Positions 22,665-36,902 are shown, numbered from the stretch's first letter. The stretch is DNA of 64,000 nucleotides from Myxococcota bacterium (GCA_041611735.1 JBFIML010000012.1:1-64000), one strand, 5' to 3'. The notes: a model not told the origin generated them from the sequence alone. Numbers and translations are program-made.

Positions 22665-23746
22665 GGGGAGGCCCCGAGACGCGCCAGCACGAGATCCGCC
22701 ATGGCCCGACAGCCGACGCTGGGGCGCTCCTCGCCGGGCAGCAGCAGGTCCGCCGTGCGGTGGCCCTGGCTCAGCACGCCCTCCACGGCATCGCGCACCC
22801 CCCGCGCCGCCTCGGGGGCGTCCAGCGAGTGCTCCAGCAGCATGGCCGCGGAGAGGATCGCCGCCAGCGGATTGGCGCGGTCGCGCCCGGCGATGTCGGG
22901 CGCGGAGCCGTGCACGGGCTCGTAGAGGCCGAGGCCGCCCTCCCCGAGGCTCGCGGACGGGAGCATTCCCAGGGAGCCCGTGATCATGGCGGCCTCGTCG
23001 GAGAGGATGTCCCCGAACAGGTTCCCGGTCAGGAGCACGTCGAAACGCCGCGGCTCGCGCACCAGCAGCATCGCGCAGGAGTCCACCAGCTGGTGGGTCA
23101 GGGTCACGTCCGGGTGTTCCCGGGCCACCTCCTCCACCACCGTGACCCAGAGCTGAGAGACTTCGAGCACGTTGGCCTTGTGCACGTGGGTCACGTGCCG
23201 CCGGCGCCGTCGGGCCGCCTCGAAGGCCACCCGCGCGATGCGGGCGATCTCGAACTCGTCGTAGACCATGGTGTTGCGCGCCACGCGCCGGCCGTCCTCC
23301 CGGCCGATGCCGCGCGGCTCGCCGAAATAGATCCCGCCGGTGAGCTCGCGGACCACCAGCAGGTCGATGCCCGCTACCACCTCCGGGCGCAGGGTCGAGG
23401 CGCCCGCCAGGGGTGCAAAGACGGTGGCCGGCCGCAGGTTTGCGAACAATCCGAGCTCCTTGCGGATGCCCAGCAGCCCCTTCTCGGGGCGCTGCTCCAC
23501 GGGCAGCGCGTCCCAGCGTGGCCCCCCGACGGCACCCAACAGGACCGCTCGACTCTTGCGCGCCCGTTCCAGGACCGCGTCGGCCAGCGGCGTCCCATGG
23601 CGGTCGATGGAGGCGCCCCCGATCTCGGCCTCCTCGAAGTCGAGGGCGATCCCGTGGCGCTCCGCCACCGCCTCCAGGACGCGGCGCGCCTGACGGGTCA
23701 CCTCGGGGCCGATGCCGTCCCCGGGCAGCACCAGGATGCGGGCCAC
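22661..23746 (-). CDS. leuB: 3-isopropylmalate dehydrogenase
   Basis: [43 protein letters not shown]. Confidence 0.96.
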   Translation of the reverse strand: MARILVLPGDGIGPEVTRQARRVLEAVAERHGIALDFEEAEIGGASIDRHGTPLADAVLERARKSRAVLLGAVGGPRWDALPVEQRPEKGLLGIRKELGLFANLRPATVFAPLAGASTLRPEVVAGIDLLVVRELTGGIYFGEPRGIGREDGRRVARNTMVYDEFEIARIARVAFEAARRRRRHVTHVHKANVLEVSQLWVTVVEEVAREHPDVTLTHQLVDSCAMLLVREPRRFDVLLTGNLFGDILSDEAAMITGSLGMLPSASLGEGGLGLYEPVHGSAPDIAGRDRANPLAAILSAAMLLEHSLDAPEAARGVRDAVEGVLSQGHRTADLLLPGEERPSVGCRAMADLVLARLGASP

Positions 23747-23748
23747 CC

Positions 23749-25301
<1,553 letters not shown>

Positions 25302-25305
<4 letters not shown>

Positions 25306-26129
25306 GGCGTGATTTCCTGGCTGGGCTCCTCGTACAGGGGCGGCTGGGGCTCCTCGAGCGGGCGGCCCACGACGCGTCGCCACCCCCACTCCACCGGCCC
25401 CGTGGCCAGGTAGGCCACCGCCAGCAGGAAGAGCGAGACGCTCGGCTCCTGCACGATCACCACCAGCGCCAGCACCACCAGCACGAGCGTGCGGAAGGAG
25501 TGGCGCAGATCGATCTCCTTGAAGCTGCGGTAGGGGATCGAGCTCACCATCAGGAGTCCGAGGGTAGCGATGCCGCCGGCCACCAGCGACTCGGGCACGG
25601 AGACCTCCAGGCCGTGTTCGCGCAGGAACGACACGAACCACTGGGTCGCCGCGACCGTGCCGGCCGCGGCCGGGCTGGGGAGCCCTTCGAAACGCCCGGG
25701 AAAGCGCGAAGCGGAGACGTTGAAGCGGGCCAGACGCAACGCCGTGGCCACGGCGTAGACGAAAGCCATCACCCAGCCCGTACGGCCCAACACCTCGAGG
25801 TTGCCGGCGTGAAAGGCGAGCATGGCCGGCGCCACGCCGAAAGAGATCACGTCCGCCAGCGAGTCGTACTCGGCCCCGAAGCGGCTCGTGCTGCGAGCCA
25901 GCCGGGCCACGCGCCCGTCCAGCACGTCGCAGATTCCGGCCAGCACGATCCCGAGTGCGGCGCGGTCGAAGTTGCCGGCCGCAGCCTGCACCAACGAGAA
26001 GAAGCCGAACAGGAGGTTACCGGTGGTGAACAGGTGCGGGAGCAGATAGAGGCCCCCGCGGCCTTCCTGGCGGCGCCGGCGGCGGCGCCGGCGGCGGCTC
26101 GCCTCCCCGTTGCTCTCGGAGGTCGTCAC
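25302..26129 (-). CDS. pssA: CDP-diacylglycerol--serine O-phosphatidyltransferase
   Basis: DVLDGRVAR...FGAEYDSLADVISFGVAP, ALRLARFN; GTGA overlap with psd. Confidence 0.93.
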
Positions 26130-26809
26130 GACGTTCCCTCGAGGCGACCCACCACGCTGCTGCCGCCCCGCACTCGCTGCCCGCGAACGGCGCTCACGGT
26201 GCCCCCGGGAGGGAGCACCACGTCCGTGCGCGAACCGAAGCGGATCAGGCCGTAGCGAGCCCCCCGCGCCACCCATTCCCCGACCTTCGGATGGCAGACG
26301 ATGCGACGCGCGACCAGCCCGACGGTCTGGACCACCCGCACGCGCTCCCCCCGCTCGGTTTCGAGCACGAGCGTGGTGCGCACGTTGTCCGCCTCGGCGC
26401 GCCGGTCGAAGGCTGGCCGATAACGCCGCCCCGCGTGCTCCACGGCCACGACCCGCCCCGCCACCGGCGCCCGGTTCACGTGCACGTCGAAGATGGAGAG
26501 GAAGATCCCGACGCGCGGGTGCTTGCGCCCCCGCTCGTCCTCCACCTCGCCCACCTCGATCACCCGTCCGTCGGCGGGCGCCACCACGCTGCGTTCGTCG
26601 CCGGGGATCGTCCGCTCCGGGTTGCGGAAGAAGCCGAGCACCGCCAAGGCGAGCCCGGCCAGGGTGATCGCGAGCGCCGGCGCGCCGAACCAGGCGAACC
26701 CGCCCGCCGCCAGGGCGGGCAGGGCCGCGAACCCGAAGGCGTCCGGCACGATCCGCGCCGTGGGGCGCTCCGCGAAGGACGGCTCTCGGACGCTGGGCCG
26801 GGTCGCCAT
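26126..26809 (-). CDS. psd: Phosphatidylserine decarboxylase proenzyme
   Basis: FFRNPER, APADG, FDVHVNRAP, IRFGSRTD. Confidence 0.93.
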   Translation of the reverse strand: MATRPSVREPSFAERPTARIVPDAFGFAALPALAAGGFAWFGAPALAITLAGLALAVLGFFRNPERTIPGDERSVVAPADGRVIEVGEVEDERGRKHPRVGIFLSIFDVHVNRAPVAGRVVAVEHAGRRYRPAFDRRAEADNVRTTLVLETERGERVRVVQTVGLVARRIVCHPKVGEWVARGARYGLIRFGSRTDVVLPPGGTVSAVRGQRVRGGSSVVGRLEGTS

Positions 26810-26810
26810 G

Positions 26811-27833
<1,023 letters not shown>

Positions 27834-27838
27834 GCCGC

Positions 27839-28315
27839 TCACAATCCTCGCATCACGGCCAGCGGGCCGGTGCGCACCAGGTCGCGCAGGCCCAACGGCT
27901 CGAGCATCCGGGTGATGGCGCCGATCTTCTCCTGACCACCCGTGACTTCGATCACGAAGGACTTCGGGCTCACGTCGACGATCTTGCCGCGGAAGATCTC
28001 CACGACCCGCAGCACCTCCGCGCGCTGCTCAGGCGTCGGAGCCACCTTGAGCATGGCCAGCTCGCGCGCCACGAAGGGCTTGTCCAGGAAGTCGGTCACG
28101 CGGATCACGTCGATCAGCTTGTGCAGCTGCTTGGTGATCTGCTCGATGGTTTCGTCGTCGCCGTGCGTGACCAGCGTCATGTGGGAGATGGTCGGATCGA
28201 TGGTGGGCGCCACGTTCAAGCTGTCGATGTTGTAGCCGCGCCCGCTGAACATGCCGGCCACCCGGGACAGGACCCCGAACTCGTTGCGCACCAGCACGGA
28301 GATCGTGTGACGCAC
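27839..28315 (-). CDS. ilvN: Acetolactate synthase small subunit
   Basis: [43 protein letters not shown]. Confidence 0.95.
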   Translation of the reverse strand: MRHTISVLVRNEFGVLSRVAGMFSGRGYNIDSLNVAPTIDPTISHMTLVTHGDDETIEQITKQLHKLIDVIRVTDFLDKPFVARELAMLKVAPTPEQRAEVLRVVEIFRGKIVDVSPKSFVIEVTGGQEKIGAITRMLEPLGLRDLVRTGPLAVMRGL

Positions 28316-28331
28316 GTCCCGGCTCTCCGGC

Positions 28332-30035
28332 TCAGTCCGGATCCCGGAGCAGCATCTTTGCGGAAGGCGAGCCGGCGGCGACCATCGGGTAGCAGTTCTC
28401 CGTCTCCCGCACGACGCAGTCCACCAGCACCGGCCCCGGATGGGCGAGCGCCTTCTCGAGGGTCGGCTCCACTTCCTCCGGGCGGCTCGCGCGCAGCCCG
28501 AGGGCCCCGAAGGCATCGGCCAGCTTGACCCAGTCCGGCGCCACGTGCAGGTCGCTGGCGGAAACGCGGTTCTCGTAGAGCAGGTGCTGCCACTGGCGCA
28601 CCATGCCGAGGTAGCGGTTGTTGATGATCAGGACCTTGACCGGGAGACGCTCCTCCACCGCCACCGCGAGCTCCTGGATGGTCATGAGCAGGGAGCCGTC
28701 GCCAGCCACGCACAGCACCAACTCGTCCGGGCACGCCACCTGGGCGCCGATCGCCGAGGGCAGGCCGAATCCCATGGTTCCGAGCCCGCCGGAGCTCACC
28801 CAGTGGTTGGGACGCTGGCAGTGGTAGTACTGCGCCGCCCACATCTGGTGCTGCCCCACGTCGGTCGTGACGATGGCCTGGCCGTTCGTCATGCGGTAGG
28901 CCTTGTCGATCACGAACTGCGGCAACAAGGGCCCGTCCGCTGGCTGCGTGTAATCGATCGGATGCTCGCCGTCCCAGTCTGCGATCTGCTGCCACCAGGG
29001 CGCGATCTGCTCGTGGTAGGCGCCGTAGTCCTCTTCCTCGCCCAGCAGCTTGAGCAGCTTCTGGAGACAGTTGCGAACGTCGCCCACGATCGGGATGTCG
29101 ACGTGCACCGTCTTGCGGATCGTGGTGGGGTCGATGTCGATGTGGATCTTGCGCGAGTGCCGGCTGAACTCGTCGAGCTTCCCCGTGACCCGGTCGTCGA
29201 AACGGGCTCCGATCGCGATGAGCACGTCGGCCCGGTCCACGGCGAGGTTCGCCCGGTAGGTACCGTGCATGCCGAGCATGCCGAGCGAGGCCGGGTGGTT
29301 GCCGGGAATCCCGCCGATGCCCATCAACGTGTAGGTGGTGGGGATGCGGAGCACCTCCACGAGGCGCCGCAGCTCCTCCGCAGCATGGGAGAGGATCACG
29401 CCCCCGCCGAAGTACACCACCGGCCGCTCGGCCTGGAGGATCATGGCGAGGGCCTTCTTGATCTGCCCCCAGTGCCCCTCCACGCAGGGCTGGTAGTGCT
29501 CGAGGCGGATCTCCCGCGGATACTGGAACTCGCACTCCTGGGCACTCACGTCCTTCGGGATGTCCACGAGCACCGGGCCCGGCCGCCCGCTGGTGGCCAG
29601 GTAGAAGGCTTCCTTGATGGTGGGCGCGAGCCGCCGCACGTCCTTGACCAGGTAGTTGTGCTTCGTGACCGGCCGCGTGAGGCCCACGTTGTCGGCCTCC
29701 TGGAACGCGTCGCTGCCGATGGCCAAGGTGGGAACCTGGCCGGAGAAGACCACGACCGGGATCGAGTCCGAGTGGGCGGTGGCGATCCCGGTGATCGCGT
29801 TGGTGAGCGCCGGGCCGGAGGTGACCAGGGCGACGCCCGGGCGCCCGCTCGCTCGCGCGTAGCCGTCGGCCATGTGCACGGCGCCCTGCTCGTGGCGGGC
29901 GAGCACGTGCCGGAAGCCCAGGCGCTGGATGGCGTCGTAGATGTGCAGGACCGCGCCGCCCGGGTGTCCGAACATCACGTCCACACCCTCTTCGCGCAGG
30001 GCATGGAGCAGGATCTCCGCGCCTTTCAACCTCAC
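28332..30035 (-). CDS. ilvB: Acetolactate synthase large subunit (biosynthetic)
   Basis: [40 protein letters not shown] motif. Confidence 0.96.
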   Translation of the reverse strand: MRLKGAEILLHALREEGVDVMFGHPGGAVLHIYDAIQRLGFRHVLARHEQGAVHMADGYARASGRPGVALVTSGPALTNAITGIATAHSDSIPVVVFSGQVPTLAIGSDAFQEADNVGLTRPVTKHNYLVKDVRRLAPTIKEAFYLATSGRPGPVLVDIPKDVSAQECEFQYPREIRLEHYQPCVEGHWGQIKKALAMILQAERPVVYFGGGVILSHAAEELRRLVEVLRIPTTYTLMGIGGIPGNHPASLGMLGMHGTYRANLAVDRADVLIAIGARFDDRVTGKLDEFSRHSRKIHIDIDPTTIRKTVHVDIPIVGDVRNCLQKLLKLLGEEEDYGAYHEQIAPWWQQIADWDGEHPIDYTQPADGPLLPQFVIDKAYRMTNGQAIVTTDVGQHQMWAAQYYHCQRPNHWVSSGGLGTMGFGLPSAIGAQVACPDELVLCVAGDGSLLMTIQELAVAVEERLPVKVLIINNRYLGMVRQWQHLLYENRVSASDLHVAPDWVKLADAFGALGLRASRPEEVEPTLEKALAHPGPVLVDCVVRETENCYPMVAAGSPSAKMLLRDPD

Positions 30036-30073
30036 GCGTGGTCACTCCGTCCGGGGCCCGGCGCGCGACCGCG

Positions 30074-30292
30074 CTAGCGGTAGCGGCTCAGGATGGCCTG
30101 GATGCGATCCTTGCCCGCGAGCTTGGTCTTCTGGATCTCCTTGCGGCGAAGCTCCTCCTCGGGCGTGAGGAAGCGCTGGCGGAGCAGCGCCTCCAGTCGC
30201 CCCTCCAGCTCGCGATGTTCCTCCCACAGCAGCCGGAGCTCCTCGTCCTCCGGCAGCAGTCGCTCGATCAGCTCCCGGTCGCGCGGATCCAT
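30074..30292 (-). CDS. DUF465/YdcH-family small coiled-coil protein
   Basis: GGAGGAGGG RBS; EEHRELE...KTKLAGKDRI pattern. Confidence 0.82.
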   Translation of the reverse strand: MDPRDRELIERLLPEDEELRLLWEEHRELEGRLEALLRQRFLTPEEELRRKEIQKTKLAGKDRIQAILSRYR

Positions 30293-30389
30293 CGCGCGGT
30301 GGGTCGTCCCTCCTCCGCCGGGTCCTGGTCGGGACCCGTCCCCGGCTCGCGGGGCGCCATTCGATACGCGCCTGGCCGGTTAAGTCCTC

Positions 30390-30418
30390 AGATTACGGGC
30401 TCTTCCGGGGTGTGTCAA
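30390..30418 (-). promoter_or_regulatory. sigma70-like promoter of the DUF465-ilv-leu operon (TTGACA-N17-TAATCT)
   Basis: Consensus -35, 17-nt spacer, TAnnnT -10. Confidence 0.7.
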
Positions 30419-30429
30419 AACGACAGGGC

Positions 30430-31119
30430 TCATGCCGCACCCCCACGGCGCACCTCGGCCTCGGCGCGCCGCAGGTAGTGCGGCACCAGCTCCGCGGCGG
30501 GCCGAGCCTCGCCGCGTGCTAGACCGCGCAGACCGATCCGACCCACGGCCACGGCTCGCTCTGTCCCCCCGGGCGGATCCAGGACCCGCGCCTCCCCAAC
30601 GGCCGCCGCCACCCGCTCCGCGGCCTCGCCCACCAGGACGCACCCGGCAGGCAGGCGCCCGGCGAGGTCCTCGGGAGCGAACAGCCCCGGGGCCACCAGC
30701 GCCTCGCTCGCTCCCCCCCGCAGGCGGAAGACCGCCCCGTACACCTCACCCCGCTGGGCGTCCAGCACGGCCGCCACCACCGCTTCCGGGGGGGCCACCG
30801 CCCAGGCCAGGGCCTCCAGGGTCGGGACCGCCACCACCGGCAGCGGCGGTTCGAAGGCGAGGCCCTTTACCGTGGCGAGACCCACCCGCAGGCCGGTGAA
30901 CGAGCCCGGGCCGATGGAGACCGCCAGGGCGCCGAGCCCCTCCAGGGGGACGGCGGCGCGCGCCAACACCTCCAGGATGGCCGGAAGCAGGGTCTCGGAG
31001 ACCGGTCGCTCGGGAGCCAGCGCGGTCGCGGCCAGCAGCTCACCGCCCCGCAGCACCGCCACGCCGGCCACCCGGGTGGCGCTCTCCACCGCGAGCAGGG
31101 CGGCGGACGCCGCCGGCAC
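30430..31119 (-). CDS. tsaB: tRNA t6A37 complex subunit TsaB
   Basis: LAVESAT, GPGSFTGLRVG, LDAQRGEVY, LVPHYLR; start approximate. Confidence 0.92.
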   Translation of the reverse strand: MPAASAALLAVESATRVAGVAVLRGGELLAATALAPERPVSETLLPAILEVLARAAVPLEGLGALAVSIGPGSFTGLRVGLATVKGLAFEPPLPVVAVPTLEALAWAVAPPEAVVAAVLDAQRGEVYGAVFRLRGGASEALVAPGLFAPEDLAGRLPAGCVLVGEAAERVAAAVGEARVLDPPGGTERAVAVGRIGLRGLARGEARPAAELVPHYLRRAEAEVRRGGAA

Positions 31120-31124
31120 CCGAG

Positions 31125-32795
31125 CTAGAGCCCCGAGCTCTGGCGCACCCAATCCACGAGCCGCGTCCAGTGACGGGACAGATCGTTCCAGAAGGCGAGA
31201 CCCATCAGGAGGAGCAGCACGGTCAAACCCAGCTGCTGGGCGATCTCCCGGGTCCGGACCGAGACCGGCGAGCGCTTCACGCCCTCGATCACGAGCAGGA
31301 GCGCCTGGCCGCCGTCCAGCACGGGGATCGGGAGCAGGTTCAAGATGCCGAGATTGATGCTGATCAGGATCAGCGTGCTGAGGTACGCCTCCCAGCCCCG
31401 CTGCAGCGAGCGGTGGGCGATCTCGGCGATCCCGATCGGCCCGGCCAGCTGCTTGCGCGAGACCTCACCGGTCACGAGCTTGTGCAGCCCCACCATGAAC
31501 GTGCGCATCACGTCGCCGGTCATGGCGACGGCGCGGGGCAGTGCCACCAGGGGATTCGCGGCCCGATCGATCTGGCTCGCTCCCGGCAGGGCGGCGGTCT
31601 CCGCCGTGATCCCGATCAGGTAGCGCTCCTCGGGGATGCCGAGTCCGGTGTCCGCCTCCGCCAGCTCGGGGCGGATCGCCACGTCGTGGCGCTCGCCGGA
31701 ACGCGCGTAGACCAGGCGGAGCGACCGGCCGCGGCTCGAGCGCACCATCTCGGCGAAGGAGGCGAAGCTGCCCACGGGCGCGCCATCGACCGCCACGATC
31801 AGGTCGCCGGGCCGCAGCCCCGCGCGCTCCGCCGGCGAGCCCGGGGTGATGGCGGCGATGAGCACCGTGGCGGGCACGACCCCGAGGGCCTGGGTCGAGC
31901 CCCGGGCCGGCACGGAGAGCGCGTGGCGCTCGGGTTCCGGGGAGCCCCGCTCCACCTCGAGCTCGAGGCGTCCCGTGCGGGCCTCGGCGTAGCGGGTGGC
32001 GAAGGCGTTCCAGTCGGCGATCGGCTCCCCCTCGATGGCCGTCACCCGGTCTCCGGAGCGCAGCCCCGCCCGCGCGGCCTCCGTGTCCGCGTCGGGCACG
32101 CCGAGCACGGCCGGCGGACGGGCGTGGTCGAGACCGACCCAGCCCACCTCGCCCACGCCGCCGAAGGCGTCCAGGCCGCTGCGTGCCTGCACCGGGAGCG
32201 CCACCTGGAAGACCTGGCCGGCCCGGTCCACCCGAAGCGTCAGGGTGCCGCCCGGGCTCCGCCGCACCGCGTCCTCCAGACCCTCCCACCATTCCACGGC
32301 CGTGCCGTCCACGGCCAGCACGCGGTCCCCGGGCTGCAGGCTCGCCTCCGCGGCCGGCGAGGCCGGCTCGACGCCGCCGATCACCGGCGCCGGACGCGGC
32401 ATCCCGATCGAGAGAACCGCGGCGAAGACGACCACCGGGAGCAGCAGGTTCATGACGGGGCCGGCGAACACGATGGCCAGCCGCTGCCAGACCGGCTTGG
32501 CGTTGAAGGCGCGGTTCGCGTCCGTCTGCTGCGCGGCCTGGGCCTCCTCGTCGGGGTTCTCCCCGAGCATCTTCACGAAGCCCCCCAGCGGGAACCAGGC
32601 CACCACGTACTCGGTCTCGCCCCAGCGGCGCGCGAGCCGCCAGCGCCCGAATCCGATCGGCGGGCCGAAGCCCAGCGAGAACTTGAGCACGCGCACGCCG
32701 AACAGCTTCGCCACCAGGAAGTGGCCGAGCTCGTGCACGAAGATGAGCACGCCCAACATGGCGACCAGGGCGAACAGGAACGAGAGTGCGGTCAT
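31125..32795 (-). CDS. rseP: RIP metalloprotease RseP with three PDZ domains
   Basis: HELGH, PLGGFVKM, three SPA/AA..L..GD PDZ units, NLLPIPVLDGG. Confidence 0.95.
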   Translation of the reverse strand: MTALSFLFALVAMLGVLIFVHELGHFLVAKLFGVRVLKFSLGFGPPIGFGRWRLARRWGETEYVVAWFPLGGFVKMLGENPDEEAQAAQQTDANRAFNAKPVWQRLAIVFAGPVMNLLLPVVVFAAVLSIGMPRPAPVIGGVEPASPAAEASLQPGDRVLAVDGTAVEWWEGLEDAVRRSPGGTLTLRVDRAGQVFQVALPVQARSGLDAFGGVGEVGWVGLDHARPPAVLGVPDADTEAARAGLRSGDRVTAIEGEPIADWNAFATRYAEARTGRLELEVERGSPEPERHALSVPARGSTQALGVVPATVLIAAITPGSPAERAGLRPGDLIVAVDGAPVGSFASFAEMVRSSRGRSLRLVYARSGERHDVAIRPELAEADTGLGIPEERYLIGITAETAALPGASQIDRAANPLVALPRAVAMTGDVMRTFMVGLHKLVTGEVSRKQLAGPIGIAEIAHRSLQRGWEAYLSTLILISINLGILNLLPIPVLDGGQALLLVIEGVKRSPVSVRTREIAQQLGLTVLLLLMGLAFWNDLSRHWTRLVDWVRQSSGL

Positions 32796-33964
32796 GCGGA
32801 GCCTCCGGGGGCGAGCACGTCACGGGCATGCGCGCGGGCCCAGGCGTCCACGGCCCGCACGTCCTCGAGATCCCGCAGCGGCGCATGCGCCGAACGGGCC
32901 AGATGGGCCTCGAGCACGCGGCCGGCGGTGGCTGCGATGGCCGGAAACGGTACCGCGCGCTCCAGGAAGGCGGCCACCGCCACCTCGTTGGCGGCGTTCA
33001 ACACGCAAGGCGCCGCCTCGTCCCCCGCCAGCGCCGCGTAGGCCAGGTCCAGGGCGGGGAACCGCTTGCGGTCGGGCGCCTCGAAGTCGAGCCGCCCGAG
33101 CGCGGCCAGATCGAGACGCGGAAGCTCGAGGGGCAGGCGCTCGGGATGGGAGAGCGCCAGGGCGATGGGAATACGCATGTCCGGCAGGCCGAGCTGCGCC
33201 AGCACGGATCCATCCGCGAGCTCGACCAGGGAATGCACGATCGACTGGGGATGCACGACCACATCGACCCGCTCCGGAGGCACGTCGAACAGCCAGCGCG
33301 CCTCGATCACCTCGAGCCCCTTGTTCATGAGGCTGGCCGAGTCGATGGTGATCTTGGGCCCCATGTCCCAGTTCGGATGGGCGAGCGCCTCGTCCAGCGT
33401 CGCCCGGACGATGCGCTCTGCGGGCCAGGTGCGGAACGGTCCGCCCGAGGCGGTCAGGACCAGCCGCGCCACGTCTTCCTTGCGCTGGCCCACCAGCACC
33501 TGGAAGAGCGCACTGTGCTCGCTGTCCACCGGGAGCAGGCGCGCGCCCCGCTCCCGCGCCTCGCGCATCACCAGCGCGCCCGCCATGACCAGGACTTCCT
33601 TGTTGGCCAGGGCCAGATCGCGACCGGCGCGCAGGGCGGCCAGCGCCGGCGGGAGGCCCACCGCCCCCACCAGCGCCGCCACCACCAGGTCGGCCTCGTG
33701 GGTAGCCACCGCCTCGAGGCCCTCGGGGCCGTGAAGCACCGGGGGTGCCTCGGCGCCCAGGTGCGCCCGCAGCGCGGCGGCGGATTCCGCATCGGCCACC
33801 GAGACCAGGGCGGGGCGATGACGACGCACCTGGGTGGCCAGCTTCTCGACACTGCGTCCTGCCGCCAGGGCGGTGACGCGAAATCGCTCCGGGAAGGCTC
33901 CCGCCACCGCCAGGCACTGCTCGCCCACGCTGCCCGTGCTCCCGAGCACTGCCAGCCGTTTCAC
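32792..33964 (-). CDS. dxr: 1-deoxy-D-xylulose-5-phosphate reductoisomerase
   Basis: LGSTGSVG, LANKE, PVDSEHSA, TASGGPF, HPNWDMGPKITIDSA. Confidence 0.96.
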   Translation of the reverse strand: MKRLAVLGSTGSVGEQCLAVAGAFPERFRVTALAAGRSVEKLATQVRRHRPALVSVADAESAAALRAHLGAEAPPVLHGPEGLEAVATHEADLVVAALVGAVGLPPALAALRAGRDLALANKEVLVMAGALVMREARERGARLLPVDSEHSALFQVLVGQRKEDVARLVLTASGGPFRTWPAERIVRATLDEALAHPNWDMGPKITIDSASLMNKGLEVIEARWLFDVPPERVDVVVHPQSIVHSLVELADGSVLAQLGLPDMRIPIALALSHPERLPLELPRLDLAALGRLDFEAPDRKRFPALDLAYAALAGDEAAPCVLNAANEVAVAAFLERAVPFPAIAATAGRVLEAHLARSAHAPLRDLEDVRAVDAWARAHARDVLAPGGSA

Positions 33965-34719
33965 GGCGTCTCCGGCGGCCCGCGTCGTACCTGGGCGCTG
34001 GTCAGGCCATAGCGCCGCTCTCGATCCTGGTAGAGGAGCAGGGCCTCCACGAGATGCTTCTTGCGGAACTCGGGCCACATGACGGGCACCACATGCAGCT
34101 CGGTGTAGGCGATCTGCCAGAGCAGGAAGTTGGAGATCCGCTGCTCGGCTCCGGTCCGGATCAACAGGTCCGGGTCGGGCAGATCCGGTGCGTAGAGGTA
34201 CTGGGCGAAGGTCTTCTCGTCCAGGTGGTCGACGTCGACCTTGCCGAGCTCGTAGTCGCGCAGGAGCCGGCGTGCGGCATCGATGATCTCGGCACGTCCG
34301 CCGTAGGAGAGCCCGAAGACGAGCTGCATCTCCGTGTTGGCCCGGCTGCGCTCCACCGCGCGCTCCAGTCGGGAACGCACCGATTCGGGCAGCCGTTCCA
34401 GCCGGCCGATGGCCCGGACCCGCACGCCGTTGCGCATCACCTCCTCGAGCTCGCTCTCCAGGTAGTGGTCGAGCAGACCCATGAGCTCGTCCACCTCGAC
34501 CCGCGGCCGGTTCCAGTTCTCGGTGGAGAAGGCGTAGAGGGTCAGGATCGGGACGCCGAGCTCGTGGCCTGCGCGCACCACGGCGCGTACGGACTCGATG
34601 CCGGCCCGGTGGCCTTCCAGCCGCGAGAGCCCTCGTCGTTCCGCCCAGCGCCCGTTGCCGTCCATGATGATGGCCACGTGACGCGGTAGCGCGTCGGGTC
34701 GGATCCGCCGCTCGTGCAT
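33961..34719 (-). CDS. uppS: Undecaprenyl diphosphate synthase
   Basis: HVAIIMDGNGRWA, YAFSTENW, SYGGR, RISNFLLWQ. Confidence 0.96.
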   Translation of the reverse strand: MHERRIRPDALPRHVAIIMDGNGRWAERRGLSRLEGHRAGIESVRAVVRAGHELGVPILTLYAFSTENWNRPRVEVDELMGLLDHYLESELEEVMRNGVRVRAIGRLERLPESVRSRLERAVERSRANTEMQLVFGLSYGGRAEIIDAARRLLRDYELGKVDVDHLDEKTFAQYLYAPDLPDPDLLIRTGAEQRISNFLLWQIAYTELHVVPVMWPEFRKKHLVEALLLYQDRERRYGLTSAQVRRGPPETP

Positions 34720-34720
34720 C

Positions 34721-35290
34721 TCAGACCTGGAGCACTTCCTGTTCCTTCTGGTCGGCCAGACCATCGATCTTCTTCACGTATTCGTCGGTGAGCTCCTGGA
34801 CCTTCTTCTCGACCCGGTGGCGCTCGTCGCTGGGGACCGACCCCCCCCCTTCCAGCTTCTTGACCTCGGCCACGGCTTCGCGGCGCGCCTCCCGCACCCC
34901 GAGCTTGTGATCCTCGGCGACCTTGCGCACGTGCTTCACCAGTTCCTTGCGGCGCTCCTCGGTGAGGGGCGGAATCGGGATCCGCACGACCTTGCCGTCG
35001 TTGGAGGGGGTCAGGCCCAGGTCGGAGCTCTGCACCGCCTTCTCGATCGCCTGGAGCGCGCCCTTGTCGTAGGGGGAGATCACGATCAGCCGGGGGTCCG
35101 GCGTGGTCAGGTTGGCCAGCTGGTTGAGCGGCGTCGGCGTCCCGTAGTAGTCGATCTGGATGCCGTCGAGCAGCGCCGAGTTGGCCCGTCCGGTCCGCAC
35201 CTTGCGGAGGTCGTTGCGCAGGTGCTGGACCGACTTTTCCATCCCTGCCTGCGCCGCTTCCAGCACCTTGCGCACGTCCTGCTCGGCCAT
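34721..35290 (-). CDS. frr: Ribosome recycling factor
   Basis: VRTGRAN, YYGTPTPL, PPLTEERRKEL. Confidence 0.97.
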   Translation of the reverse strand: MAEQDVRKVLEAAQAGMEKSVQHLRNDLRKVRTGRANSALLDGIQIDYYGTPTPLNQLANLTTPDPRLIVISPYDKGALQAIEKAVQSSDLGLTPSNDGKVVRIPIPPLTEERRKELVKHVRKVAEDHKLGVREARREAVAEVKKLEGGGSVPSDERHRVEKKVQELTDEYVKKIDGLADQKEQEVLQV

Positions 35291-35300
35291 GGTTCCTCCG

Positions 35301-36014
35301 TCACTCCGCCACGAGCGTGCCGATCTTCTCGCCGCACACCACCTTGCGGATGTTGCCGGGGACCGTCATGTCGAACACGACGATCGGCAGGCGGTTCTCC
35401 CGGCACAGCGCGATCGCGGTCTGGTCCATGAAGCGCAGGTTGCGCTGAATGCTCTCGTCGTAGGTCAGGCGGTCGAAGCGGGTGGCGGCGGGATGGGTCT
35501 CGGGATCGGCGTCGTAGACCCCGTCCACCCGCGTCGCCTTCAGGATCGCGTCGGCGTGGATCTCGGCCGCGCGCAGGGCGGCCGCCGTGTCGGTGGTGAA
35601 GTAGGGATTGCCGGTTCCGGCGGCGAAGATCACGATGCGGCCCTTCTCCAGGTGCCGCTCCGCACGCCTGCGGATGTAGGGTTCGGCCACCTCCTTGATC
35701 TCAAGGGCCGAGAGCACCCGGGTCGGCAGACCCGCCTCCTCGAGGGCATCCTGGAGCGCGAGGGCGTTGATCACGCTCGCCATCATGCCCATGTAATCGG
35801 CGCTGGCCCGGTCCATGCCCTCGGCGGCGGCGGTCATGCCGCGGATCACGTTGCCGCCTCCGATCACGATGGCGACCTCGATGCCGAGCGCCTGCACGTC
35901 CCGGACCTCCTCGGCAACGCCCCGGATCACGCCCGGGTTGATGCCGAAGCCGCGGTCGCCGGCCAGGCGCTCGCCCGAGAGCTTGAGCACGACGCGCCGG
36001 TAGGCCGCCTTCAC
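35301..36014 (-). CDS. pyrH: UMP kinase
   Basis: [38 protein letters not shown]. Confidence 0.96.
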   Translation of the reverse strand: MKAAYRRVVLKLSGERLAGDRGFGINPGVIRGVAEEVRDVQALGIEVAIVIGGGNVIRGMTAAAEGMDRASADYMGMMASVINALALQDALEEAGLPTRVLSALEIKEVAEPYIRRRAERHLEKGRIVIFAAGTGNPYFTTDTAAALRAAEIHADAILKATRVDGVYDADPETHPAATRFDRLTYDESIQRNLRFMDQTAIALCRENRLPIVVFDMTVPGNIRKVVCGEKIGTLVAE

Positions 36015-36886
36015 GTCGCACCGCCTTCGCCCAGGCGGAAGCGCACGTAGCCGGCGACGCTGAGCGGACTCCCGAGCCGCTTCGATTCTGCCTCGAGCAC
36101 CTCTCCGACCCGGCGGTCCGGGTCCTTGATGAAGGGCTGCTCGAGCACACAGACCTCCGAGAAGAACTTCTGGATGCGGCCCTCCACGATGCGGTCCAGC
36201 ACCTGGGCGGGCTTCCCGCTCTGCTCCGCCTGCTTGCGGAACACCTCCCGCTCCTGGGCGACCACGTCTTCCGGAACCCCGGCGCGATCCACGGCGATCG
36301 GTGACGGGTCGGCCGCCGCCACGTGCATGGCGAGGTCCTTGGCCACCGCGTCCACCGCCTCGCCGGTCGCCGGGGTGCTGAGCGCCACCAGCACGGCGAG
36401 CTTGCCGCCTGCGTGGACGTAGCCGCCCACTCGACCCGGCGGGTCCACCGCCAGGCGCGCCACGCGCTTCGCGACGATGTTCTCCCCGATGCGCCCGACG
36501 ACGGCCTGGATGCGCTCGCGAACCGTCTCCCCGTCCACGGAGGCGTCCTGCAGCGCCTCTGGCGTCTGGAGCGCCGGATCCGCCGCCACGAGCTTCGCCA
36601 GGGTGCTGGCCAGCTCCTGGAAGTCCGGCGTCTTGGCCACGAAATCGGTCTCGCAACCGAGCTCCACCAGGGCGCCGGCTTCCCCGGCCAGGGCCATCCC
36701 GATCGCCCCCTCGGTGGTCTCGCGTCCCTCCCGCTTGACCGCCCGGGCCAGGCCCCGCTCCCGCAGGAGCTGCACGGCGCGCTCCAGGTCGCCCTGGGCG
36801 TCGGCCAGGGCGCGCTTGCACTCCATCATGCCGACGCCGGTGCGCTCCCGCAGGGCCTTCACCGCGCGTGCCGAGATCTCGGCCAT
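36011..36886 (-). CDS. tsf: Elongation factor Ts
   Basis: [39 protein letters not shown]. Confidence 0.97.
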   Translation of the reverse strand: MAEISARAVKALRERTGVGMMECKRALADAQGDLERAVQLLRERGLARAVKREGRETTEGAIGMALAGEAGALVELGCETDFVAKTPDFQELASTLAKLVAADPALQTPEALQDASVDGETVRERIQAVVGRIGENIVAKRVARLAVDPPGRVGGYVHAGGKLAVLVALSTPATGEAVDAVAKDLAMHVAAADPSPIAVDRAGVPEDVVAQEREVFRKQAEQSGKPAQVLDRIVEGRIQKFFSEVCVLEQPFIKDPDRRVGEVLEAESKRLGSPLSVAGYVRFRLGEGGAT

Positions 36887-36902
36887 GCTCCCTCCCCCGG
36901 CG

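Noticed and set aside
26069-26097. Arg9 tract at the PssA N-terminus
   Set aside because: Mixed CGC/CGG codons in a GC-rich genome; likely a positive-inside tail, not a functional repeat.
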